A stretch of DNA of 63,933 bases, filler included, from Thelocarpon superellum (taxonomy: Eukaryota), in NCBI GenBank assembly GCA_026025795.1. It is 7 parts of 7 records of this genome, joined end to end, with 100 filler letters (N's around TTAATTAATTAA, not from the genome) between each part and the next. Parts side by side here need not be neighbours in the genome. Positions count along the whole stretch, not along the records: positions 9,357 to 18,477 come from JAPEUG010000577.1; positions 18,578 to 27,691 come from JAPEUG010000578.1; 5 more parts are not named here. One strand, 5' to 3'. The notes beneath the pieces were generated by a model. That model saw only the letters and a program-made list of their open reading frames with translations, was not told the DNA's origin and ran no database searches. This document shows positions 9,357-21,508 of the stretch, piece after piece (the stretch's first letter is position 1; every line of letters starts with the position of its first letter). A program made the translations under genes and the position numbers.

Positions 9357-11885
9357 CTACCAGGGAGCGCATGGGCATGGCGCATGGCGTACCAGAGCTT
9401 CTTCTGGGGCTCGTTTGCAAACGCGGACCAGGGGGGGCCAGGGCCCACCAGGGTGTGACGGTAGCGGCACCACCTGTTCCTCTCGCTCTCCGCCTCCGAT
9501 ACATGGGACCCAACGACCATAGTTTTGGCGACGACGGAAGCAGACAAGAGCCAGGCTCGACGCCTCGAGGTAAAGGCATAGCGACCGGGGTAGGGTTGGG
9601 GGAAGGGGGGTGGGTAGGGGTGGTCGCCCAGGGCCCATGGGCCGGCAAGGTCAAGGGACCGCTGGGCGAGAGCCATTCAGGCGGCGCCAGTGGCCGGTGG
9701 TGTGACGCTCGGTGCTTCGAGCCGCAGTCTTACGGCGGGTTTATCGGTTTCACCGGCTTGCCTGTTTCGGCGCCAACGCCTGGCAGCGTTCCCTCGGTTG
9801 GAGCGTGGAACATAATCGTGACCGAGTCCAGCGTAGCGACGAGTGGAATCACCATGGGCCAGAGGGCGGCATCTATGGGAGGGGATGGTATCGCATGGTA
9901 GATCTGCTGGGTGTGCTTTGTGCATGTGCTAGTCGATCATTCTTGATGTCTCCCCGTCCGGCCGCCACCGCGATCGTGCTCGCGCTCGCGACGGCACCCG
10001 CGTCCCGCATCCGCTGTTGCGCGGCAGTGCGGCCTGCGCGGTGGTATCCGCCGTTGAAGCATGGACTGGTCGCTCGACCGACGGCGTTTGCCCGTCCTGC
10101 CGGTCCCCAAGCGACGGGACAGAGAGAGGATCGGAGCTCGCAACATACCACACGTATGGTAGAGCGTCGGGATGGTCAACGGATCTCATACTCGTCTCAA
10201 GCCCGTAAATTACTGGTACTTCGTCCCATACGAGAGCAGCGCGAGGGCCAGCCCGCCGACGGCCGCCGACCACCACCGACCACCGACCACCTTGCCTCCG
10301 GGCCTCGTGGCCGCAACGACCACGCACGCCCGTATTCGATCAAGAGGCTTCCTGCGTTTCGACCAACAAGGCCATAGTGTGGCGTAGATTCATCAGGCAC
10401 CACCGGCAGCCTCTATGCTTGCGGTTCCAGCCTTTTCGCTTGTCCAATCCGATCCAGGCCTGTCTTGCAGCGCGAGGAGCGACCAATCCCGACCCGAGCG
10501 CACCTAACATCGACCGAGACACGGCGAGCAGCGCCAACGTCGTTCAGGTCGCCTCCGTCCGTCCGTCTGTCCCGCTGCCGGTCGGGGCAGCGACAGATGG
10601 CGCGCCACGGCGGCGAGCATCATCCACCAGGCGCACCGCTGGAGCGCGCCATCAACCGCACGCGCTGACAAAGAGGCGGGCCTATCCGTCGACCCGGTCT
10701 GAAAGGTCTGATTCGACATGGGAAGGGCCAGGGAAAGGAAGGGTGCAGGGATCGTCCGCGATTGTCTTGGCGTCCTCGGTCGAGCCAGAGAGGGAAAGGC
10801 TGAGGCAAGTGCCCGAACGGCTCAGGTCTCACGTTCGTCGGCCAAGCGAGAGGAGGCCACCTCGGCAACCCGTCGACCAATGGCGTCATTCCACCACGCA
10901 GGTCCAGCGACTGATGCTGCCGTTTCGAAACGCCACTGACTCAGGCGCGGGCGTGGGCGCGGGCGCGGGCGCATGGCTGCGACGACGCTGCCCCAAGCGC
11001 ATGTCCGCCGAAGTCTGATGTCAAGTGCATCCAATCTTGGCGACTCAAAAGGATGTCTCACCAAATTGAGCCAGGCTGTTCTCCACAACATGCACGCGTG
11101 ATTCACGGGTGGAAGGGCCCGCGTGGGTTAGGAGAGTCATGACTCGTCGTGGTCCTATGCTGGCACGAGTCCGAGTATCGTGTAGCACATTTAGGAATGC
11201 GTGCATCGTTGATCAAAGGCTATTTTGACGCGCGCCAGTGATCTCGTCACATACTTGACTGTCGCACAAGCGCTCCGTTCCAGAGTACCAGACGACTCTC
11301 CCGTCGCGAAAGACCGTGTTGATGCGGAGAGGTGAGCGGAGCTGCTTTAACGACCCGAGTCAGGCGAGGCGAGCGTGAGGGAGGTGAGTTACAAGAAGAG
11401 GCTAAGAGGACGGCGTCGTTGGCTCGTTGGCTTGACGTATTTTACCGAAAGCTGAAGATTACGGCCACAGTTACGGTAACCGCACCGAACAAAATCTCGT
11501 AAAGCTGCTCTTGTAGGAACCAGAGCTGAAACGTGAAATTTATGCGTCGCTAGGATAGTCTATGGGGAGCGCACATGGTATGTACAACCGGCGATCTTAA
11601 ATGCCATTGAATAAGTGGGCATTGGAGTGAACATCGGCGACTATAATTATGACGCAGCGACAGTTTTGAGTATGAACCTGGCACATTTGACGTGGAGGTA
11701 GAACAAGACTTCAATGCGGGACGTTGTTTCATTAAGAGCTATAGCACGTATCGACTTAAGAGTAGTCAAAGTGAATTTCGATCGGATCTCATTCATGCCC
11801 CCGTTGGCGCATGGCGCCCAGGTCTATTTCGACTCCGTGTCCCTGCGACCCACCCGACCCTGATGCGATCGTGCGAAACCTAAGA

Positions 11886-11911
11886 CGACAACGACAACGA
11901 CAACGACAACG
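11886..11911 (+). repeat. (ACGACA)n microsatellite
   Basis: acgacaacgacaacgacaacgacaacg upstream of RPC19. Confidence 0.8.
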
Positions 11912-12128
11912 AAGCGAGCAGAGAAAATGTTCCCCACATCACTCCAACGCACCGCTACCACCAGCTCCACGGGGCATCGCAGAGCCGCCTGACTCTGACG
12001 TAGCAGTCCGCCTACTCTAACTTGAAGTTGGAGGGTGCGCCTGCGCACAACCAGTGCATCACCGGATGGAGGTGCAAAAATAACGTCTTCGCTCGCACGC
12101 ATCCAGTCTTTCGACGGTTTCCTTTTCA

Positions 12129-12739
12129 ATGGCCTCACAATCCTCCGCCACCGGCCCGGCAGAGGCTGGCCCCGCTGCCACCGCGGACGGCCCCGATGCC
12201 ACCAGTCATGCAGAGGAGATGTTGAATGAGCGGCGGATTCGAGTCGTACGTTATCATGAGACCGGACGCAACTTGACGCGACGCCGCGTGGAAGGGCATC
12301 GAGGAGCTGATGTCAACCGCCGCCGACAGCTGCCAGGAGCGAGTGACACCGCTGCGTCCTTTGAGTTTGAGGGTGAAGATCACACCCTTGGAAACGCGTT
12401 ACGCTATATGATCATGAAGAAGTAGGATTTCGATGGACCGTGATACGGAAACGCGTTGTCTGACTTGTCCGACGATCCAGTCCTGAGGTGGAATTCTGTG
12501 GATATTCCATCCCTCATCCCTCCGAGGCAAAGATGAATGTGCGAATTCAGACTTATGGTTGGACTCCCCTTTCTTCTCCCGGTGCATCTGTAGACGTTGG
12601 TGGCTCACCGTTGGATGTAGATGGCACGACGGCGTACGACGCATTGGAAAAGGGCTTCGACGACCTCATGGGGTTGTGTGATGTCGTGGTGGATAAATTT
12701 ACAGTGGCCCGAGAGGAGTACGCAGATAGCCAGTCATAG
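12129..12739 (+). CDS. RPC19: RNA polymerase I/III shared subunit AC19, 4 exons
   Basis: [48 protein letters not shown]. Confidence 0.96.
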
Positions 12740-12824
12740 AGATCAATCCACCCAGTACCAAGGCGAGGCGGCTGTCACGCTTCGAAGGGCGAACGAAGTT
12801 GGATCTGTACGGTCTGCTATGTCT

Positions 12825-13450
12825 CTAATTTCGACCCTGCCATTCTATCAGTCATCTTTCCGAAACGGAGACTGATGAGACATTACCTCTAAAAATCCAC
12901 TCATGAAGTTTTTGGGAAGTCGAGCATTGGGGTCCTCTTCCGCCCGGAAGTATTTCAGCACATGCGACAACTGCTTCCAGTAATTCAACGTCTCCTAGGG
13001 TTCCAGCATCAGCTCCAATTCGACAGCGTTCATTTCTCCACGAGAGCGATTGCTGGCTCGCGCACCTGAAACTCCGCATGTGACTGGAACAGCAACATAT
13101 CAACCGTTTGCAGGTGTGACACGAATCGATGTCGTTCGAATTCTTGTCGGATCTTGGTCCGAATGGCCGACACCGGCATATTCAGCGAGTACATCTGCTG
13201 GACCTCTGGAGCCTAGTGCGCCACACGGTAGCGAAGTCATCAGCACGGGGCGAGTGTGGGACGCTGCACGGTGAGATGTTGCTGCTCACCGCGCGGAGCC
13301 ACTCTCGATAGCTCTTGGTCACCCGCCGCTGCGCGTCGGCCCAATTGACGGCTGATGGAAGGTCAGGGTCCAAGATCACGCTCAGGAATGGAAGAAGAGA
13401 GACTTACACGATCGCGTTCGCGACGCGAGGTACGTGGGGTTAATCACCAT
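12825..13450 (-). CDS. NDUFA6: NADH:ubiquinone oxidoreductase 14.8 kDa/B14 subunit (LYR family), 5 exons
   Basis: Spliced product [54 protein letters not shown]..[34 protein letters not shown]. Not recovered as one ORF in the track. Confidence 0.93.
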
Positions 13451-14069
13451 CCTGTCCTTGATGTTCTCCTCCTCGTACATGACTCCAACTATCTCCACTC
13501 AAGCTGGACGGTTGGCTCCTACGGTCACCTGATCAGACCTTCGAACACCGCGAGTGTGGATAACGAGTCCGGCACGAATGCTTACATAAGTCCGGCAGTC
13601 ACGATCGACCTTCCTTTCGTCTCGCTTTCGCATCTCGAAGGGAAAATTGACCTTCACGTGCAGGGTCGCATATTTGAGATCTCGACGGAGAATCCGCAGA
13701 ACGTGGCAGCCTCACATTAAGGAGCGGAATCTGTAGGGGCGAACCTTTCACATGGCGCTCTCTTTGCATCTGCATGAGCAGGAATGGCGGAGATTGACGG
13801 AGCCCGCGAATGGTGATCCTGTCGTTGCATCTGCCTGTTTCGGCATCGATAAGGAAAGTCAATGTGGACAAGGTTCGAGACTTGTTCACGATATTCTCTC
13901 TCTTATTATATCTGCGATAGCGAGCAGCACCGTTGGAACGTGGATGTGCTTGATTAAAGGTCTTTGATGGGCCCTGTGGTGATCCGGCAGCGGTCCGCGA
14001 TCCATCGTCCGTGTCTCTCCAAGCTGTACAGATCATTGCCGGTCCGGTCACGCTCCGACGGCAACCAGC

Positions 14070-15276
14070 ATGCGCTCCTCCGTGGTGTTTCCGCTGCTGT
14101 TGCAGATATTCGGCTTGGCCACCGTCGTGCTTGCCCAACAGACCCCCGCGCAGCAGAATCCAGCGCAAGGGTATCCATCGCGAAGGTCACGACGAAAACA
14201 AGGGGCGGGTAGGAACCAAGCGGCGCCCTGGCAACAGACGCAAGGTCGGCCAGCGGCCCACGGGGTAGTCTGTACGGGAGATCTTCCTCAGGGTGCTTCG
14301 CAATATGGTCCCGGTGCCAATCCGAGTGACTTTAGCCTTCTGGCAGACTACTGTGTGATGTCTCCCGACGGACCGGCTCTTGTCTGCCCCAGTCCCCAGT
14401 ACACCAGGCCAGTCCCTCTCATACCTGAAGACGAACCAGGGAAAAGGCTCTGGGAGGAACACTGGCAGAGCGAAGCTGGAGGGCGTTGCCGCTTCACCTG
14501 CTCATGTTCGCAGGATCGAGCGGAAAAACTGCGGCAGCTCCATTTGCACACTTTTCTGAAGGACTTGGAAAGGTACTGGGCTGTGCAGAAACAGGCAGGG
14601 ATGAGGGATGCAGGGCAAAGTGGAAGCAGTGGGGACAGTTCCTTCTCCTATTTCTCAACCGACCCGTTTCAGGTAGGTGACGTTCCGACAAAAGGAAAGA
14701 GACCCCGCTGATGATAGACAGTTCCAAATGCAGTGCGCCGGGCAACTCTCATCCAGCCAGGCGGATTTCCCGGCGGGCGTCGATCCTAGCACCTTTTCCA
14801 ACCTGACGTCCTACTGCGAGAAGGAGGTTGGAGGGCAGTGCGAGCTGGCAGCGCCGCTGTTCCTTCCGGCCAACGGCACTCAGGGCGCGTGGTTGAGATC
14901 TATCAAGGCACCTGCGAGTACAGCGTGCTCCAAGTGCCGGTGCGGCAAGCCTGCGGATGACGGAAAGGGTGGACGATACATGAACATGTCCGACGTCTCG
15001 CCCAACCTTGAACCACTCATCCGGCGGATGAAGCGAATCCGCACAGTCCCGGATTGGAGGCCTGCGGATGAGCCGCAAACCCCTGCCGCGCCGGACACCT
15101 CCACCCAGGGCTCGTGCACTGTCGGCAACAACGAAACGTGCCAGGCCTGCACGAAGAAGGAGGATTGCTCCGGCCTCGACTGCATCTTCCGCTCACAATC
15201 GGCATGGCCTGGCCCGAAGCCAGTGACCTTGGGGTTCTGTGGATTTTCCTTCGACTCCACCTTGCCGAGACTTTAG
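14070..15276 (+). CDS. Secreted Cys-rich hypothetical protein (~385 aa, 2 exons) with a duplicated domain
   Basis: Signal-peptide-like MRSSVVFPLLLQIFGLATVVLA. Intron 14673-14721 (GTAGGT..GCTGAT..ACAG) joins ORFs 14070 and 14677 in frame. Two similar Cys modules are followed by a 6-Cys tail. Confidence 0.75.
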
Positions 15277-16006
15277 ATGAGCATGCACTTAGAGACATAT
15301 TTTGCGTGCATATACTGCGGTGTAAGTTGAATATATACACTCGCTCGAGAGAAGTCTTGAATACATGTAGCCTTCAGATATGCCGGACTAGACAGAGAAT
15401 TTACTCCCTACCCGGTCAAGTAGCGTCATCACCGTGAAGGTGAGCGTTGCGCCTGAACAAATCATCCTCCTGCACAATCAAGACGTGTATCATGAGAAGG
15501 GAACAAGTGGGAAAGCTTCAGGATTCTATTTTCTCCCAACGGAACAGACGCAATAAAATATTCGTGGGAAAAATAGAAATCACGTGCCTGCAACCTTCGA
15601 ACACATTACGTCAGGCGGACATTCTATACCAGCGCCACCTCGAAATATTATATCTGTAGGAGCGCGCACGTGATCTAGTCACGTGCCCACTCCTATTACT
15701 TTCCCGACTACGCGTAGGTTAGCAATTCAGCTCTGATTCCTACATATCGAATTCTTGCATCTAAGGCAGCCACGACAGATTTCCCTTACCTACAACTGTA
15801 CAAGACAAGCTCCGAAAGTGACTCGACGCATATCGCACCAGCCCACATCTTTTCTCCATCTCATCAACAAGCTCGTAGGGAGCTTGCGAGGGACTTCTCT
15901 CGAGCAACAGAGTGCGCCATCCACGCGGGTCCTCGACCAGCCAGTGAGTGCACGGCGCACCGGTCCATTCGCCACAGGGCCACATCCGCCCGCCCGCCCA
16001 TCCACC

Positions 16007-16557
16007 ATGCCACCGATCCGTAGTTCACGATCGCGCAAGCCCCCCCCCGATGGATTCGAAGATATCGAGGACACGCTGCTGGAGTTCAGCAACAAGATGA
16101 AAGACGCAGAGAACGCATCGCACGAGGGAAAGAAACGAAACGAGGTGCTCTGGCCCATCTTCCAGATCAGCCATCAACGTACGTCACCGACCCCCCCGTC
16201 GCTCTCCTCCCGCTTCCTTCTTGACTCGCTGTTATGTCTATCCCGTTGCGTCCCGTGACTGACGTCGTCCCGGTAAGAACAGGCTCGAGGTACATCTACG
16301 AGCTGTACTACGAGAAAGAGGCCATCTCCAAGACGCTCTACGACTGGTTGCTGAAGAACGGGTACGCCGAGCCGATGTTGATCGCCAAGTGGAAGAAACA
16401 AGGTTACGAGAAACTGTGTTGCGTGCGGTGCATCCAGGCCAACGAGAACAACTTCAACGCCACCTGCATCTGTCGTGTGCCCAGGGCGCAGATGAAGGGC
16501 GAGCAGACCATCGAGTGTGTTAGCTGTGGATGCCATGGCTGTGCGTCGTGCGATTGA
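16007..16557 (+). CDS. BUD31: Splicing factor Bud31/Cwf14/G10, 2 exons
   Basis: LWPIFQISHQR-SRYIYELYY..LIAKWKKQGYEKLCCVRCIQ..CICRVP..CVSCGCHGCASCD. Confidence 0.97.
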
Positions 16558-16785
16558 TGCGGTCGGATGACACCTCACTTGTGCGAGGGACGGGCGAACG
16601 GATAGAGGGTGGAGAGGAGGCATCTACGATTGAAAAACGCATCTGATCATTGTCATGGCTATGGCGTGGTCGTGGCCACGGGGTCGCGTGAAACATGGAA
16701 ATACCCGGCGCATACAGGAGAGCGGAGTAGGAACGGAGCATATGACGGCGTTTCCAATGCAATTTCAACCCCCCCAGTCCGATGT

Positions 16786-17317
16786 TTACATGAAGGCGCC
16801 CGAGCCCTCAGTATCAACGTCCATGTGGAAGCAATCGCAGTTTTGTGGACAAGTGGCGTAAGCAGGTGTAGTAGCGATGGTGTCGTTCCAATTCGCCGGC
16901 GGGCCAGCGCAAACACCATCCTCCGCCGTCGCTATGTATTGCTCACAGCCGTAATATTTATGGCAGCTCATGACGTTGCGGCATTGGAGCGAGAAGTCTT
17001 GGTTGGCCGTCCAAGTCACATTTGAAGCCGCGCAGTAGAGCTTGTAGGACCTCCCCAAGTCTTGCAGATCCACTGACCAAGGCGTGCCGGGTATTAGGAC
17101 CTTCTCGTTCTCCGCGGCGCCGCTGGCGATGAAGAGACTGAGGGCGATTTCTATGGATTGAGACCTGTGCGTCAGCCCTTTAGATCTCTGGTATCCTGGT
17201 TCTTCATCGCGGTGTTCCTGAATGTGGGGTTTGATCAGGTGCCGAGGAGGGGGAGGAGGGGGAGGAGGGGGAGGAGGGGGAGGGCACACCCAAGCTGGAA
17301 AGACCGAGGAACTTCAT
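16786..17317 (-). CDS. Small secreted Cys-rich protein (~130 aa, 8 Cys, 2 exons)
   Basis: Removing intron 17151-17289 (GTGTGC..GCTGAC..ATAG) gives the signal peptide MKFLGLSSLEIALSLFIASGAA in frame with the Cys-rich part of ORF 16786-17289, which ends ..TCPQNCDCFHM.. Confidence 0.7.
17245..17284 (+). repeat. (GGAGGAGGG)n tandem repeat inside a predicted intron
   Basis: About four 9-bp units. Explains the poly-Pro in the raw ORF. Confidence 0.85.
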
Positions 17318-18477
17318 GATGACCGTCGTGTGGGCTGAATGGAACACAAAAGTAGAGAAGTACTGAGGATCGGATAGCAGGAAGACTCGATTCTGTGGGT
17401 AGAAGATGAGAGACGAGGAAGGGAAAGGGGAGGATTGACAAGTTGAATAGCATCAAGAGTGCCGGACGATGCGAGGGCAGGAACAAGAGCATGTTGCACC
17501 ATCTTGACGGAAATCCAGGGCCTGAGAACCCTGCACATGCCATCTTTGACCTGAGATGAACAAGCCGGCAGAGCAGATATGGCACGCGTATGGTAGAGCA
17601 CGGCGAGGAGGAGGAGAAGGCGTAAAATTAGGATACGCAAGGACGCCTACCTTCTAGACCTGGAGTTGGCGTTCGGTCGTCCTTGGATCCGGCAGGTGTG
17701 CAGCGAAACATGAAAATGAAATGGAGAATGGCATAAGGGAGCCCAGCGGGACGTGCATGCGTGCGTGGTTTCTGCTGCGAGTCTTGGCGGAAGTTGTGGC
17801 ACGGATGCATGAATGGATGGATGGAGGAGCTTCTCCCAACGCGCAAGTCCAGCATGATGTGCGAAGAACCTCCTGTACCTCGCACATGTGAAGAATCGCG
17901 ATTGGCTGGCGAGTCTCGTTCGCGACTTCGGTCGTGGCTTCACTTCCTACCATTTGCATGTGTGTCATCCCTGAGATTCCCGTTGTCCAATGCCTCAACA
18001 TTATGTCGCATTACCTGCCACGTACTGAGTCGCCCTCCCCATGAATCACCACAAGGAATGAAGGTCTCTGGTCATGCACCTCTCCATGTTCACCCCAAAC
18101 GTATACCATGGACCGGTACACAGCCCCCTTAGTTTATAGACCATGTTTGTGTTGTTTTCTATCATAATGGACGTGAGACGTCATACCTGTGGACTATCGT
18201 GCCGTCACATTGGCGGCGCCAGTGGATCATGGAACACCTGGACCAGTGAGTGGCTGGGCCAGAAGGGCCTCGACGTCGACCAGCCCGAAAGAGATGAACT
18301 GGCGAGCCTGCCATCGACGGAGTACACACGTGAGAGTGGGAGACACCAGAGACAGAAATATCGCCACCAGCAGTCCCAAACACATACACAATCATACCAG
18401 AGACCGCCGCATGAGATTCACTCCACGCTCAGCCATGTGCGAGCCTGCGCCCCAGGACGGTCACAGGAGACCTGACC

Positions 18478-18577
18478 NNNNNNNNNNNNNNNNNNNNNNN
18501 NNNNNNNNNNNNNNNNNNNNNTTAATTAATTAANNNNNNNNNNNNNNNNNNNNNNNNNNNNNNNNNNNNNNNNNNNN
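18478..18577. other. Artificial contig linker
   Basis: N44-TTAATTAATTAA-N44. Confidence 0.99.
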
Positions 18578-19137
18578 TGATCTGCTCTGTTCCAGGAGAT
18601 GGCGGATTTAAGACCTTACGGCCGACTTGTTTCCGAATCTTTCGATCTTTATGTCTGTCTCTCGCTTTGTCATACGCTCGCTGCGCTCTTCCAGGACGGG
18701 CGTATGTTTGTTTGGACCGGCGAAGACGGGAGTAGAGCGGAAGTAGACGTGGGGGAACGGAGGAGAGGGGAGGAGAGAATCGCTGTACAAAAGAATGAAC
18801 GCAAAATGAAACAACATCAGCAAGCTTTGGTAGCCACAAGCAAATACCTGAACCTCGCCATTCATCATACACAAAGATACTCCTCGCTCCTTGTTTTCCC
18901 TTCCAAGCTCCTTTCCGTTCCGTTCCTCTCCTTTCCTTTGCCTCCCTTCCTTTCACACATGCTCCCTTAGCCTAGGACGCGCGAATGGTACAATCGCGCC
19001 ATACTTCTCGCGCCACGCAATGTTCAATCGGGTGACAGACCTTGTGCAAAGCCATGGTGCACATTCGTACCCTACAGACTCCTAGATCAGACGATCGCAC
19101 CACCGTATCCAGGATCCAAGATGCAGCAATAGATCTC

Positions 19138-20963
19138 TCAGGCTGCAGCGCTCCCGATTTGCATCTGCAGACTCGCGCCCTGCTCTGCGCCGTCTCTCAT
19201 CCCGCTCGTGGTGGCGGTGAGGCCGCCGCTGGCTGTGGCGGAGTTGGTCGCGCCGCTTCCGCTACCACTGCCGTTGCCGTTGCCGCCGCCGCCTCCGGTA
19301 CTATTGTTCCGTTTCTTCTCTTTCTTGGCCCATCGTACTACATCGGATCGTGTCAGTTGAAGTAGGAGAGGAGACGGTGGAAGAGGAAGGGTGACGCACG
19401 ACCACACGCATTACAGAGCGTCTTGGGTCCCGATGGGCCTTTTCGCCATTCGGGCGAATCTAGTGTGCCTATTCGTCCCGCCGATCAGTCCATGTCGCAG
19501 TGGGGGACGCCCAGGAGTGTCGCCCACCACAATCCGTGCAGACGTATTCGTCGGCCACTTTCAACTTCTTCTTCTTGTCGGACCCCGTGCGGTTGTCCTT
19601 GTCCACGGTGATGGCAATGCCGGCGTCGCCGCGGATCAGCGCGGGACTGGCATCGCCGGTACTGATGCCCTGGGAGCGTTCGCCGTCGCGATACCGAAGT
19701 CCCGTCAACATCTCAATCGTCTCAATGTGGGTGGCGCCCTCGTAGCGTGCCATCTTGTCGTTGATGCTGTCTGGTTTCGAGAAAGCATTGGCTTCGTCAA
19801 GGTTCTGCCGCGTCAACGCCGTGTTGGACGTGCCGGGCTTCGCGGGAGGCGGCATGGCGTGGAAGTCGTTGGACTGTGCCGACGTCATCGAGTGCGAGCC
19901 CGGGGTCTCACTCTCCGTCGGCTGCGTCTCCGAGGGTGTGAGGCTGCCTTGCCCCTCTTGCTTCTTGAGCCAGGGCCGCTGCTGATTCTCCGCCTCCTCT
20001 TGCTCCTCGCGCTTCAGGTCGGCGATGCGCTTTGTCAAGCGTTCGTTCTCGATCTTGTGCTCAAGGAAGGAATCTAGCAAAGCCGCGTTCTTGGCCGGAT
20101 ACGGCCGGGCCATCATGAAGAAGCCACGACAAAAGCCGCCGGCATTGTTGGGCCCAAACGCAGCCGCCTCCGACGTCAGGTGTGGATGGCCGTGCGACTC
20201 AAAGATGGCGTAGGTGCCGTCGGCTTTGCGGAAGCGATAGAAGAAGCGGAGCGGGTTGCCCGTGGCAATGGACTCGTGAAACTCGCGCACGAAGATGCTG
20301 CTATCGTCGGGGTGGATGAAGTCGACGATGAACTTGCCCATCAGGTCGTCATGGTCATAGCCGGTGATGGCCTTGGCCGACGGCGAAGCATATAAGACGC
20401 GGCCATCGGGCGTGAGGATGTGCAAGAAGTCCCGGAGCTCCTCTAAGACGCGGCGCGACCAGTTCCGCCGTTTGGTGAACTCGGTCAAGGTGCTGCCGCC
20501 GCCGACGTTGGCCTGCGTCCCAAAGCCGGTGGGCAAGGGACCGTCGCCGACTCCCGTGGTGGTTCCGTTGCTGGAAGCCTGCATGGCGTCCGACGTGCCC
20601 TCGTGCGTCGCGAGGTGGCTTGCGTTATCCTCGGCCGTGGTGGCAGAAAAGCCTGGCCGGTCGATGGTCTCATCCAGAGCAACGTCAAGATGCATGGGCA
20701 TCATATCCAAGCCCAGTCCGTCCAGGAGGTCGCCACTTTGCTCGAGCATGCCGGACATAGCGGCATCCTCGCCGAGGTCGGTCATCTGCCGTCGGGTCAG
20801 CTTCACGCGGCCCGTCTGGGCACGGCTCGCGCTACGAGGGGCCGGTGGGGAAGGAGGGGAGAGGAAAACGCACGCCGGCAGTGAAGATGGGCATACCCGG
20901 TGCCTCAAGGGACATCGACGTTCCCTCCACCGAGCCAGACGAGGGTGGGAGTGCGGAAGCCAT
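19138..20963 (-). CDS. wc-2: White collar-2 / LreB PAS + GATA zinc-finger transcription factor, 4 exons
   Basis: [15 protein letters not shown] domain (DFIHPDD), [15 protein letters not shown] and spliced GATA finger [32 protein letters not shown]. Confidence 0.96.
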
Positions 20964-21508
20964 CGATGGGTGATCGAGAACAGTCAACCCTATGAAGTGG
21001 CAACATCGAGACTCAACTGCCCAACCACGCTCCCCGACTCAGCGGTCTCTATCTTAGCCCGTGTGGGAAGGAAATGTCCCGCATTATCCTCATCCTGCGC
21101 TGCGAGCCTTACCATACTGACCAGCTACGCCCCATGGATTGTAGAGAGCAGCGGATTCGGGCCGCTTAACTGAGTTACCTAACCCGCCAGCCTTACTCCT
21201 CACGACCTAGGCCGTCCCTGGGTCATCGGTCGCTCGCTCCTACACGTGCTCTCGTGCAGCTCTCCCCACGTAAATGGGCTCGCTTGACGCGAGTCCCGGA
21301 ACATCGTGTAAGGAGCAAGACTTGTTGCCTCTTCAGCGGAATCTCGTTGTGGGAGACATTGGATCGAGCTTACGCTCCACGTGCTCCCAGCAATCGTCAG
21401 TCTGGTGTCGGCTGCGTGGGATGGGAATCCAGGTGGAACTTCTCCAGGCCTACTGATCCCATCGTTCTCGCGCCTCACCCACGGGCAGGCCAAGTTCCGA
21501 TAGCTAGA

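Noticed and set aside
9357..11100. Several overlapping 80-220 aa ORFs
   Set aside because: Low-complexity R/P/A-rich translations without domains. More likely the UTR or promoter of a gene cut off by the contig edge.
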